Shown here: positions 16,830 through 25,457 of the stretch, piece after piece | Position numbering within the stretch: the stretch's first letter is position 1 | Layout: each line of letters starts with the position of its first letter | Virus genome (UHGV): UHGV-1378516 | DNA: 64,000 nt | Origin: a virus | Reading direction: 5' to 3' (one strand) | Position numbers and translations under genes: made by a program | Notes under the pieces: generated by a model | What the model was told of the DNA's origin: nothing | The model's input: only the letters and a program-made list of their open reading frames with translations | Databases searched by the model: none

Positions 16830-17950
16830 TTGTTCCAACCTCTGGGTCACCATCATATGTGAATAAAATATCTATCCTTCTTAACAACCTTCTTAATCTT
16901 ACTCTCTATATAGTTATATAGTACTATATAGTATCTTAGTAACTATCTAGTGGTCTTAATAGCCCTCTGTATAACCCTTCTAAATAGCCCTCTAAACACT
17001 CTTCTAACAAGCCTTCTTAACAACCTATACAATCACCTTAACCATCTCTCTATACCCTCTTAGAAGCCCCTATACACCTCTTAATCTCTAGGTTAGCTAT
17101 GATACCCTCTATAGGTGTTCACTAGGTATTACTAAGCCTCTATATAGACTGTTTTAACAAACTTAACAGGAATATCTTCACAGACCTTATCTCACAAGGT
17201 CTAACACGGTACTAACAAGGTATCTTATAAGCCTGTTTCTACCTGTATTTTTAAAAGACTGTCTAGGTAATTATTCAGATTTTTAAAATTTTTATAAAAT
17301 AGGACTATCAAGTCATTTTTTAGGGTCTTTGAAGGAACTCAAAAATATCTGTAGGAGATGTATATCTGCTTGGTAGCCCTTAACAGCTCCCTTACAAGTA
17401 CTTTGCAAAATTTTAAAATATCCTTAACAATCTCTTAACAGTTCTCACATCTTCTTAACAACTCTTCAAAGGTCTTAACAGTTTCTTAACAGAACTAACA
17501 AGGGCTTAACAGTTTTCTAACAAGTGCTGAATAGGTTTTACAGAATCTTAACAGATGACTAACAAGAGCTAACAAGTTAATTTTAAAGAGTTATTTTGTT
17601 AGGGATTGGTAACAATACCAATTAGATAACTAACAAGTTCCTAATAAGTGTTTAATCTTTTTAACAAGCTATTAACATGGTCACTATCTCTTTTCTTATC
17701 GTTCCCTTTCTCTCTTAGTGATTCTCTAAACATACCTTTTAAAAACTCTCTATAGCTCCTTGTAAGCTCTTTTAAATCTCTTCCTAGTATCTACCCATCA
17801 ACTGTATGGATAGCTCTTTATAGGGCTTTACAGGAGCTTTTAAGGCTATGTCAAAGACTCTTACAAGGCTTTTACGTGGTCTTAACAGAGATTTAACAAG
17901 GGGCTAACAAGTCTCTAACAAGAATAACTATGTAGGGATTGTTAAGAAAT
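16830..17950. repeat. dense array of short YTAACAR motifs (CTTAACAA / CTTAACAG / CTAACAAG), more than 25 copies
   Basis: Read directly; densest at 17425-17580 with about 12 copies at 8-12 bp spacing; plus strand C+T-rich and G-poor. Confidence 0.6.
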
Positions 17951-18399
17951 TGTTAAGAAAATGTTAAGGGGGCTAGCATTTACGTAACTTTATAGCCTTT
18001 TTTACGTTACTTTGAAGTAACTTTATAGCCCCTATAACATGCTTTTTAGTGACTATCAAGGGGATTGTTTAGTTATTCACAAGATACTAGCCAGCCTATA
18101 AACTTTCACCCTTATAAGATTCTTTTAAGGCTCTGGGAAGCTCTATAAAGGGCTTTTTAGAGTGGGTTAATATGATTGCTTAAGTTAGGTTGATAAGGCT
18201 GTTATAGAGCTTTATAGAGCGTTTTAGTGGTTGCCCTTCCCTTTCGGATTATGGGCTTGTATTTAAGTTGATTTGATAAAAGGTTATAGAGTAGACTATA
18301 GAGTTATTGCTTTTAAGGTATGGGATAGATTCTATCGAATTAGTGGGATAGATTCTGGGAAGGAAAGGAAAGGGTTTTAATAGAGGCTATTACATAGAC

Positions 18400-18423
18400 G
18401 TAAAAAGCCCCATTTAAGGGGCT
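18400..18423 (-). terminator. rho-independent terminator ending the long minus-strand block
   Basis: Hairpin GCCCCTTAAATGGGGC followed by T-run on minus strand. Confidence 0.6.
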
Positions 18424-18461
18424 GTAAAGGTATCTGGGGCTATTTAGCCCCGTTGCGTCGA

Positions 18462-18710
18462 TTAGTTATGACCGTCTTTATCGTAATAAAGAGAAATAAT
18501 TTTATCGCCCCAATAGTGCCAATGTGTACCATCTTTCACCGCTTCTTGAATAGCTGCAATCCAAAAATCCGATTCAGGGTTATAATCCTTGACAATCTGG
18601 CTAACAAGGCTTTTCACCATGTCAAAAGCACTGTCAGTGCCTATAATGTCAAATTTAACGTCCAGAGAGTAGAAGCCAAATTCGTTAACAGTTGCGCGGA
18701 TAGTAGCCAT
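18462..18710 (-). CDS. hypothetical small protein (start trimmed to ATG after conserved RBS cassette)
   Basis: Track ORF read through the intergenic module; ATG at 18708-18710 follows AGGAG-ATTCTAAA spacer. Confidence 0.5.
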   Translation of the reverse strand: MATIRATVNEFGFYSLDVKFDIIGTDSAFDMVKSLVSQIVKDYNPESDFWIAAIQEAVKDGTHWHYWGDKIISLYYDKDGHN

Positions 18711-18780
18711 TTTAGAATCTCCTAGTTTAAGGGTTTTATTTAGTGGGGTGGGGGTTATCTCCTCCCCGTTGATTAGTAAT
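18711..18780 (-). repeat. intergenic cassette, variant A (GC-clamped hairpin + conserved RBS)
   Basis: TAGAATCTCCTAGTTTAAGG...TTTAGTGGGG...CTCCCCGTTGATTAGTAATTTA on plus strand. Confidence 0.6.
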
Positions 18781-19044
18781 TTACTGCATATTGGCGTATG
18801 TTGCAAGCCTTTTTTCGTTGTATTTTGTAAGAATCTCACAAGATAAAACATCGAACTTTGTAACCGCGTTGCCTTTGTCGAGGTCAAAAAAGCCAAACGC
18901 TTTACCATCTTTGAATCCGACAACTTCGTAAGACTCTTTGATGATTTCATCATTGAACAAATCGCTTTCGATACGGTGGAATAATGCTACATCTTCTTTG
19001 TCGGTTGCAATTTGTAAAAGTGTGGTTAATTCTACGTTTTCCAT
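18781..19044 (-). CDS. hypothetical small acidic protein (87 aa)
   Basis: ORF track; preceded by cassette copy. Confidence 0.5.
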   Translation of the reverse strand: MENVELTTLLQIATDKEDVALFHRIESDLFNDEIIKESYEVVGFKDGKAFGFFDLDKGNAVTKFDVLSCEILTKYNEKRLATYANMQ

Positions 19045-19110
19045 CTTGATAACTCCAGTTTAGGACTTTATTTAGTGGGGAAGGTCATTCCCTCCCCGTT
19101 GATTGACAAT
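19045..19110 (-). repeat. intergenic cassette, variant A
   Basis: GGACTTTATTTAGTGGGGAAGGTCATTCCCTCCCCGTTGATTGACAATTTAC. Confidence 0.6.
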
Positions 19111-19641
19111 TTACAGACTTTTGATTGTTTCGTCAATATCTTTTTCAATATCTTTTAAAGTTTTTTCTAAGTTCTTGATATTGAAAGATAAACCTTCACC
19201 GAGAGTCTTAGAGTAACCGCTAGGACGTAAATCATAAAGGCTAATTTGTTCTACATTAGAGAGGCTGACCATTTCACCGCTTACATCATAAGCTATTGAT
19301 ACAGTATTTTCAGGGGCTTTATAGAACTTGTTTAGTGACTTGATAGAACGTTCATAAGCCATTTTATAACCGTTTAAAAGGTTTTTAACATGGTTGTAAA
19401 CGTTTTTACACTCATCCAAGTAAATCCCTAAGAATAGCGGTAATAATTCTGCTACAGCTTGCATAAAGTGAGAGACTACAACGGTTGCAGCATTACGACG
19501 ATGAACGTAATAAGCTCCGTTTTCTGATTTAGTGATGGTTGCAAAGTGTACCCCATTGCAGCGAAATTCGTAGGTATCTTTGACAGGCTTTGACATTACA
19601 GCACTTGAGCGGATGTAATTGATGGCTTTGAACTTGTTCAT
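19111..19641 (-). CDS. hypothetical protein (176 aa; start trimmed)
   Basis: ATG at 19639-19641 directly after cassette RBS. Confidence 0.5.
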   Translation of the reverse strand: MNKFKAINYIRSSAVMSKPVKDTYEFRCNGVHFATITKSENGAYYVHRRNAATVVVSHFMQAVAELLPLFLGIYLDECKNVYNHVKNLLNGYKMAYERSIKSLNKFYKAPENTVSIAYDVSGEMVSLSNVEQISLYDLRPSGYSKTLGEGLSFNIKNLEKTLKDIEKDIDETIKSL

Positions 19642-19725
19642 TTTAGAGTCTCCTAGTTTAAGGATTTTGTTTAGTGGGAAGGTCATTCCCTCCCCGTTGA
19701 TTAGTAATTTACTTGCTTTGATAGC
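19642..19725 (-). repeat. intergenic cassette, variant A
   Basis: TTTAGAGTCTCCTAGTTTAAGGATTTTGTTTAGTGGGAAGGTCATTCCCTCCCCGTTGATTAGTAATTTAC. Confidence 0.6.
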
Positions 19726-19862
19726 TGATTGCAAGCAATTTTTTAAGCTTATCTATAAAGAATCTTTTAAGTGAATCCTTTTAGATAAACCCCCTCGAAC
19801 AAAGTTACCAATGTCAAGGGGTATTGTCAACACTTTTTTAAAAGTTTTTTGTAAGTTATTGA

Positions 19863-20204
19863 TTAACTGATGAATATTTTTTCAGGTTTTACATAGCTGA
19901 TACGCTGACTTTTTAGCAGGTCATCCCAGATTAACGCGGCGATATGGGCATAACCGGATTCACGTAAAAGTTTCATTGTTTTACTTCTCGTTTCAAAACG
20001 GCTTGCGTAGTACTCACTATTTAAAACCGTTTTATTCCCTTCGTTATCTACATGGATAACCTGCATCACTTGAAAGGGGCTTGTGTCCTCGCCTTTATTC
20101 CACTGTTCAAAGTATTTTAGGCACTGCATAGGTGACATCTTATCACTAACCTGAGTTGACCAAGATGAACCCTCTTTATCGGTAATTACGGTTACATAAG
20201 CCAT
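19863..20204 (-). CDS. hypothetical protein (113 aa)
   Basis: ORF track; ATG follows cassette. Confidence 0.5.
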   Translation of the reverse strand: MAYVTVITDKEGSSWSTQVSDKMSPMQCLKYFEQWNKGEDTSPFQVMQVIHVDNEGNKTVLNSEYYASRFETRSKTMKLLRESGYAHIAALIWDDLLKSQRISYVKPEKIFIS

Positions 20205-20285
20205 TTTTAGAATCTCCTAGTTTAAGGACTTTATTTAGTGGGGAAGGTCATTCCCTCCCCGTTGATGTGTAATTTAATCTATCTA
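20205..20285 (-). repeat. intergenic cassette, variant A
   Basis: Identical core to 21071-21160 copy including trailing TGTGTAATTTAATCTATCTAAAAAACAGTGTCAACA. Confidence 0.6.
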
Positions 20286-20308
20286 AAAAACAGTGTCAAC
20301 AAAATTTT

Positions 20309-20713
20309 TTAGAGTTCTGCATAAATTGCGTCGCAGATGTCACGAAAGTCATGATTTGCCAAATTACGTTGTAACCAAGTGGCAAAGAAATCAGCGATTG
20401 CAAAATTTGCGTCATACTCGACAGATAGCCACACTTTAACAGCAAATCTAAACATTTTCAAGTCTAACTCTTTATTCATTACCTTAGATTTGCCTAACAT
20501 GTCGGCCATTTCATATTGTGCGCCATCTAGTGTGATACCTGCTGCAACGTCAGCCAATGAACTTTTTACGTTTTCAACGTCTAAGATAACGCTTTGAATC
20601 TTTCCGATAATGTTGTGCAATGTTTCATCAGGCGCTGATGATGTCAGAACATTAATCCGGTTGACGGTCAAACGTGCTTTTAAGATTGATAATTCACGGT
20701 TATTAATGGTCAT
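20309..20713 (-). CDS. hypothetical protein (134 aa)
   Basis: ORF track; ATG 20711-20713 follows cassette. Confidence 0.5.
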   Translation of the reverse strand: MTINNRELSILKARLTVNRINVLTSSAPDETLHNIIGKIQSVILDVENVKSSLADVAAGITLDGAQYEMADMLGKSKVMNKELDLKMFRFAVKVWLSVEYDANFAIADFFATWLQRNLANHDFRDICDAIYAEL

Positions 20714-20797
20714 TTTAGAATCTCCAATTTAGGATTGAGTGGTAAAGCTCTTTATCTGGGGCTATCTTATCAGCTTGATAACCCCCTGTAAAGTACT
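20714..20797 (-). repeat. intergenic cassette, variant B (GGGGCT...CCCC hairpin + palindrome GTAAAGTACTTTAC)
   Basis: TTTAGAATCTCCAATTTAGGATTGAGTGGTAAAGCTCTTTATCTGGGGCT...CCCCCTGTAAAGTACTTTAC. Confidence 0.6.
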
Positions 20798-21070
20798 TTA
20801 CACTAAATGCAGTTTTTTACCTTTTACTATAATGTAACTCGATGCACTATTGCTTTGCACATCCTGATAAATTCTGCGCAAACGGCCTTCGTAGTGTACT
20901 TTCCAACTGGTTGGAATCTTTTTACCGTATCCCGTAGCAGTTTTTTGGAGTCCTGCGACTTGCCAATCTAAGATATGTTGTTCAGCTTGTAAGTCTTCAA
21001 AGTGCATGACACCATCTACATAGTGACGTAGTGTGACATTTAAAGTGCGACCGTTGTTAGTAGTATACAT
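20798..21070 (-). CDS. hypothetical protein (90 aa)
   Basis: ORF track. Confidence 0.5.
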   Translation of the reverse strand: MYTTNNGRTLNVTLRHYVDGVMHFEDLQAEQHILDWQVAGLQKTATGYGKKIPTSWKVHYEGRLRRIYQDVQSNSASSYIIVKGKKLHLV

Positions 21071-21160
21071 TTTAGAATCTCCTAGTTTAAGGATTTTATT
21101 TAGTGGGGAAGGTCATTCCCTCCCCGTTGATGTGTAATTTAATCTATCTAAAAAACAGTG
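21071..21160 (-). repeat. intergenic cassette, variant A
   Basis: Near-identical to 20205-20285 copy. Confidence 0.6.
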
Positions 21161-21493
21161 TCAACAGTTTTGTTTTCGTTTGCTCAATTCTTGAACAATT
21201 ACAGCGTAGTAGTCTTTTAAGTCACTGATATTTAAAGCATTTATTAGTGAATTATAATCATCGATTAACTGAAAATCATCTTTGAAAATGTCGCTAATCT
21301 GATACGTTCTCGCTTTAAATCTGAAGCTCATTTCTAACCGCTTTATTTGCTCATCACTGAGACGCCCTAGAAAGCTTTCTACAAGGTTATTGCTAACCTG
21401 CTGTGTGATTGCCTTATTTGCTAGATTATAGGCTTTATATGCCTTATATAGCGCGAAAATGGCAATGATTGCAGTGATACCAGTCATTAACAT
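21161..21493 (-). CDS. hypothetical membrane protein (N-terminal TM helix)
   Basis: MLMTGITAIIAIFALYKAYKAY hydrophobic start; overlaps upstream gene by 7 nt. Confidence 0.5.
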   Translation of the reverse strand: MLMTGITAIIAIFALYKAYKAYNLANKAITQQVSNNLVESFLGRLSDEQIKRLEMSFRFKARTYQISDIFKDDFQLIDDYNSLINALNISDLKDYYAVIVQELSKRKQNC

Positions 21494-21783
21494 GGTGTTT
21501 CCTCTTTACGTGATACTTTGCCATTTACAGTTATCTCATAGGATTCTAATAAATCGCTTTTAGACTTTACAGGGCTTTTAAAAGTATCATCATAGATATT
21601 GACTTGCAATACAGGTTTTTTATATTCCCTGCAACTATTCCATAAGCAAATCACTACACGACGGCCTTTGATTTTTCCGTGCAACCATTCCATAACATCA
21701 TGCCTATTCCTTGATGTTTCAATGAAATCAATTTTATTAAGTAACTTGCTTAGATTTTCACGGACTTTATTTGATAGTTTCAT
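21487..21783 (-). CDS. hypothetical protein (98 aa)
   Basis: ORF track; ATG follows cassette. Confidence 0.5.
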   Translation of the reverse strand: MKLSNKVRENLSKLLNKIDFIETSRNRHDVMEWLHGKIKGRRVVICLWNSCREYKKPVLQVNIYDDTFKSPVKSKSDLLESYEITVNGKVSRKEETPC

Positions 21784-21868
21784 TTTAGAATCTCCAGTTT
21801 AGGATTTAGTTGTAAAGCTCTTTATCTGGGGCTTAAGATATCAACTTTTAAACCCCCTGTAAAGTACT
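21784..21868 (-). repeat. intergenic cassette, variant B
   Basis: GGTAAAGCTCTTTATCTGGGGCTTAAG...CCCCCTGTAAAGTACTTTAT. Confidence 0.6.
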
Positions 21869-22162
21869 TTATTTGTTAATTTTCAGCTTTGCATAACCTC
21901 TCATTGTACGAATTGGAGATGTTAAGGCTACGCGTCTAATATATGCCTTTTTCGTGTATACATTTGTCTTCCCGATAGTGTTTACACATGTAAAAAGATT
22001 TATTGGTGAATTTTTTAACTTCAACTGTTTATCAGCCTTCACACCCCATCTTACAGCAGATTGTTTTCCGTTGTCAACCACTTTCCCGCCTAACTTTTTC
22101 GCCATGATGCGAGCGTCATCGCGAGTTTTTGCAGTAATTACAACGTTTTTAATAATAGCCAT
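21869..22162 (-). CDS. hypothetical basic protein (start trimmed to MAIIKN)
   Basis: ATG 22160-22162 after TGGAGAACTTAAAA cassette RBS. Confidence 0.5.
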   Translation of the reverse strand: MAIIKNVVITAKTRDDARIMAKKLGGKVVDNGKQSAVRWGVKADKQLKLKNSPINLFTCVNTIGKTNVYTKKAYIRRVALTSPIRTMRGYAKLKINK

Positions 22163-22248
22163 TTTTAAGTTCTCCAATTTAGGATTTAGTGGTAAAGCTC
22201 TTTATCTGGGGCTTACTTTATCGAACTATAAGCCCCCTGTAAAGTACT
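22163..22248 (-). repeat. intergenic cassette, variant B
   Basis: Hairpin GGGGCTTACTTTATCGAACTATAAGCCCC then CTGTAAAGTACTTTAT. Confidence 0.6.
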
Positions 22249-22629
22249 TTATTTAATTTTGAAGATTGTTACATAACCATCACTCCCGATGATTTGTGAT
22301 ACTCCAGCCTTTTCTACTTGATAGCCCATATTTTCAAGATGATAAATAGCATCATCATAACCATATGCGCCACCCTGATAACGTCTCTTATCACATCTTA
22401 TCAGGTTTTTTCCACGTCCAGCAAGTGCATGGAGAATGGTTTTTTCACTTGAAAGAGTGCCATCTAACATGGTTGCCGTGTAATGGTTGATTTTATTCCC
22501 GTTGATATCATACTTGAAATTGAACGAGTGAACAACAATCACATTACCTTTGAAATTTTCATCAAGTGACTTCTCCAGTACGCTACGAAAGTTGTCTTTG
22601 TTGATGAATTTAGGCGCACGATATTTCAT
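22249..22629 (-). CDS. hypothetical protein (126 aa), first gene of the cassette array
   Basis: ORF track. Confidence 0.5.
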   Translation of the reverse strand: MKYRAPKFINKDNFRSVLEKSLDENFKGNVIVVHSFNFKYDINGNKINHYTATMLDGTLSSEKTILHALAGRGKNLIRCDKRRYQGGAYGYDDAIYHLENMGYQVEKAGVSQIIGSDGYVTIFKIK

Positions 22630-22700
22630 TTTCTGAATCTCCTAGTTTAAGGACTTTATTTAGTGTGGAAGGTCATTCCCTCCCCGTTGATGCAAATACT
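22630..22700 (-). repeat. intergenic cassette, variant A (most upstream copy)
   Basis: TTCTGAATCTCCTAGTTTAAGGACTTTATTTAGTGTGGAAGGTCATTCCCTCCCCGTTGATG. Confidence 0.6.
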
Positions 22701-22897
22701 AGATAACCACGTTCAAAGAGTCAAGAAAAATTTTAAAAATATTTTTGACAAAACTGTAATGAAACGGGCGCACACGACTACCACAAAACAGAACACAAAT
22801 CAAGAATTATTTTTCAATCCGCTACAAATTTTTCCCTTGACTTTTGGGGAGAGGGGGAGTAAGAGGGGGAGAGGGGTTGGTCTGGCTCTCTATAAAA

Positions 22898-23110
22898 ACC
22901 TACCTGCACGATTCTAAAATGATTTTTCTTGCCCGACCTGAGCGGGGTCTGCACGTTTTGAAAATGAAAAATCTCTTTGGAGATTACCTGCACAGTTTGA
23001 AAATGAATTTCCTCTTTGGAGTTCAAAATTTCCTCTACAGATTTCTCTATAGAAATATACCTGCACAATTCTGAAATGAAAAAGCCCTCCTTACCTGAAA
23101 AATTTACCAG
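22898..23110. repeat. four direct repeats CCTGCACNNTTYTRAAATGA(W) with CTCTTTGGAG-like spacers, preceded by a G-rich tract (22850-22890)
   Basis: Copies at about 22898, 22946, 22988, 23061. Confidence 0.5.
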
Positions 23111-23152
23111 ATAAGAAAGGCTTAGTCTATTGTGAATATCCTACGAAGTTTC

Positions 23153-23938
23153 TTAGTTCTTTGCGTCTAAGAAGGTAACTTCTGGCGAAGAGAAAACTGT
23201 CTCAATATCCTCATCAGTTCTTGCATAGATGTAAGTGTCTGCATCACTGCCAAATGTTACTGCAATCCTGTGATTGCTCTTCGACAGGTGGGTAACTAGA
23301 GCGTTACTTAGAGACATCTTTTCAACCGGAGGGTTACTTTGATGTATCTTACCTTTTCTTCGTCTGAAGAGGGTAACTGCATTATCCGTGAACACAACTA
23401 CACCTGCGAAGTATTCTGGTTCACAGTAGTTCTTCCAACCTGAGCGTAACTTGTGGTACATCTCTCCTTCATAGACATATAGATAAACATCTACACTCTT
23501 CATTGCCTGATTGATGATAACTGTGACGGCTTGAGGGTCCAACCCACCGATACCTGCACCAATCATAGGTAAACCAACTTTCTTCAACTGATTAACTTCA
23601 CAGTATCTGTTAAGCTGTTTCAAAGATGACTCTAAAGCACTGTATCGGGCATCTTTACCAGTCTTAAGCTGAGTGTAAAGGTTAGCTATACGGCCTTGTT
23701 TTACACGTGCTACAGAGAAATTACCCAGTAAATTTTCACAGGGTTTGTGTCCTATACCACCTGCATATAGATAAACTTCTGTATCGGTCTCATATGCTTT
23801 TGGGTAAAGTTTAGAAATCTTGTCAGCGATACCTGCACCCATTAAATTCATACAGTTGCAACCGTGACCGATGATGTCAAACTTACCTTTATCAAATGCG
23901 GAAAAGATATCACCGTTGATAATTTTTACAATACCCAT
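23153..23938 (-). CDS. macro-domain-like protein (putative ADP-ribose binding/processing) with C-terminal extension
   Basis: N-terminal GDIF...DIIGHGCNCMNLMGAGIA and later VGLPMIGAGIGGLD resemble the GDIT...VNAAN...GGGV and ...FPAISTGVYGYP elements of macro domains (by-eye alignment to E. coli YmdB). Confidence 0.45.
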   Translation of the reverse strand: MGIVKIINGDIFSAFDKGKFDIIGHGCNCMNLMGAGIADKISKLYPKAYETDTEVYLYAGGIGHKPCENLLGNFSVARVKQGRIANLYTQLKTGKDARYSALESSLKQLNRYCEVNQLKKVGLPMIGAGIGGLDPQAVTVIINQAMKSVDVYLYVYEGEMYHKLRSGWKNYCEPEYFAGVVVFTDNAVTLFRRRKGKIHQSNPPVEKMSLSNALVTHLSKSNHRIAVTFGSDADTYIYARTDEDIETVFSSPEVTFLDAKN

Positions 23939-23939
23939 A

Positions 23940-24140
23940 CTAATAATGCTCCCAACGTTGCATGTCTTCGGATGGTTTTACACGGTTACCCTCATGGTCT
24001 ACATAACCTGCACCACAACCTTCACAGATAACTGGCATAGCTGAACCAGCTTCAAACTCTTCTTTGGTGAAGAGACCTTTCAAGTCCCCTGTATCAACAC
24101 CAAAATGTTCTATTGCACACTTCTTGCAGAAATCAGCCAT
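23940..24140 (-). CDS. small zinc-ribbon protein
   Basis: CKKC ... CEGC Cys pairs in 66 aa. Confidence 0.45.
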   Translation of the reverse strand: MADFCKKCAIEHFGVDTGDLKGLFTKEEFEAGSAMPVICEGCGAGYVDHEGNRVKPSEDMQRWEHY

Positions 24141-24360
24141 GAATAATTACCTCTTGAATGATGATACCTTTACCACAACGGCTTTTAAAGTCTTCCAATG
24201 GTTGGGAGATGAAGCCACGCAAGCAATCACTAAATACTAAGTTTTTCCTGTAGGCTATCACATCGTTTGCTGTAAACGGGATGACTTCATTTCTTCCAAT
24301 GAATACTGCTGACCGGATGAGTTTCCGTGTCTTTTTATCTCTGGCTAGAATTACTCTCAT
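24133..24360 (-). CDS. hypothetical protein (75 aa)
   Basis: ORF track; overlapping neighbours. Confidence 0.4.
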   Translation of the reverse strand: MRVILARDKKTRKLIRSAVFIGRNEVIPFTANDVIAYRKNLVFSDCLRGFISQPLEDFKSRCGKGIIIQEVIIHG

Positions 24361-24661
24361 AATTTACCTTCTCAGTTAGCTCATATAAATCAACATGCTC
24401 AATACTATCAATGTTGATATCAATCTTTTTGAAGCGTTCTATCACTTCGTTGTCAGTCATCCATATCAGACACCAATGATTCTGAATGGATTCTTCAAGA
24501 AGGTCAACACAATCTTTAAAAGTTTTTGTATCACTTCTCGTTCCAACTACTGCGATTGTTCCATATAGCCACCCACCATTGCCATAAGATACTTGCGCTA
24601 CGCCAACTTCTTTATCTTTCTCGTAGTAAACGGCTACAAAGTCTCTTCCATTAATCTGCAT
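24335..24661 (-). CDS. hypothetical protein (108 aa)
   Basis: ORF track. Confidence 0.45.
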   Translation of the reverse strand: MQINGRDFVAVYYEKDKEVGVAQVSYGNGGWLYGTIAVVGTRSDTKTFKDCVDLLEESIQNHWCLIWMTDNEVIERFKKIDINIDSIEHVDLYELTEKVNYESNSSQR

Positions 24662-24663
24662 AG

Positions 24664-24933
24664 TTACTTCCTCGTTTTAAGAACTGCTAAGATTTCTTTA
24701 GAGTCTGGTAAGAACCATGTGTAGTGATTCTCTTTGATTTCTGGATGAGTGTCAACCTTTATTTTGCACTCTTTACCAACATGCTTAAGCTGTGCTGTGA
24801 CACCCTGCATAAAGATATGACACATCACATTATCCATAATGGTTGGTATAAAGTCAATTCGCATATAAGTTTCTTTTGGTCGCGGTAACAGTAAGTACCC
24901 TTCTACGTAAAAAGTATCTTCATTCTCTGTCAT
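24664..24933 (-). CDS. hypothetical protein (89 aa)
   Basis: ORF track. Confidence 0.45.
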   Translation of the reverse strand: MTENEDTFYVEGYLLLPRPKETYMRIDFIPTIMDNVMCHIFMQGVTAQLKHVGKECKIKVDTHPEIKENHYTWFLPDSKEILAVLKTRK

Positions 24934-25199
24934 TGCTGTTTATTTCCTAATAAAATCATATCAATAAGGTTATTAGCTTTGATTGTGCACTGGTAAAATC
25001 CATCACGATAGAACTCAAGGGCTGCTGCCACATCACTACCAGTATTGCCTTTGATAGTGAATCTTGAATCTTCTTGAGTGTACTTATCACTCTCACTTAC
25101 TTGGGAGTTTTTGAATGTACTGCTCACTTTGTTCGTTGAACACCCTGACATAATTATCAGTAACACAAACATTATAAAACTCTGGCTTAGTTTTTTCAT
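24930..25199 (-). CDS. o-spanin-like outer-membrane lipoprotein (Rz1-like), overlapping the i-spanin gene
   Basis: Signal peptide with lipobox LIIMSGC; gene starts inside the 3' end of 25093-25440 in another frame. Confidence 0.5.
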   Translation of the reverse strand: MKKLSQSFIMFVLLIIMSGCSTNKVSSTFKNSQVSESDKYTQEDSRFTIKGNTGSDVAAALEFYRDGFYQCTIKANNLIDMILLGNKQQ

Positions 25200-25440
25200 A
25201 TGTTAGTACCTCTTTTGTGTGCTTATTCTTAGCAAGCACATCTTTCAAATCATTTTTGTAATTGGTGCTCAGTGTAGCTAATCCTTCCTGATAAGCGTCT
25301 TTAGCTACACTTATCAGCTTCTCATTGTTTAGCTCAGTTTCAGCAACTTGGTAGTCTCTGTAAGAGTATCCTCCCCAGACACCTGCCCCAACTAAGAAAA
25401 CAATTATGAAAGTAGCTTGACAGAACTCTTTAAATGTCAT
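25093..25440 (-). CDS. i-spanin-like protein (Rz-like): N-terminal TM helix + periplasmic domain
   Basis: TM segment FIIVFLVGAGVWGGY followed by charged helical region; overlapped architecture with lipoprotein gene. Confidence 0.55.
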   Translation of the reverse strand: MTFKEFCQATFIIVFLVGAGVWGGYSYRDYQVAETELNNEKLISVAKDAYQEGLATLSTNYKNDLKDVLAKNKHTKEVLTYEKTKPEFYNVCVTDNYVRVFNEQSEQYIQKLPSK

Positions 25441-25457
25441 TTAACAATCTCCTGAAA

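Noticed and set aside
16830-18400. CRISPR array
   Set aside because: Repeats here are short (about 8 bp), irregularly spaced and not separated by unique spacers of uniform length; no cas genes in the window.
18711-22700. Intergenic cassettes as rho-independent terminators
   Set aside because: The hairpins are not followed by a U-run on the transcribed strand and sit directly in front of an RBS, so a processing or regulatory role fits better; termination not excluded.
22663-23074. Three overlapping ORFs (84, 84 and 76 aa) in the repeat-rich control region
   Set aside because: They are generated by the G-rich tract and direct repeats, have no RBS, and overlap each other on both strands.
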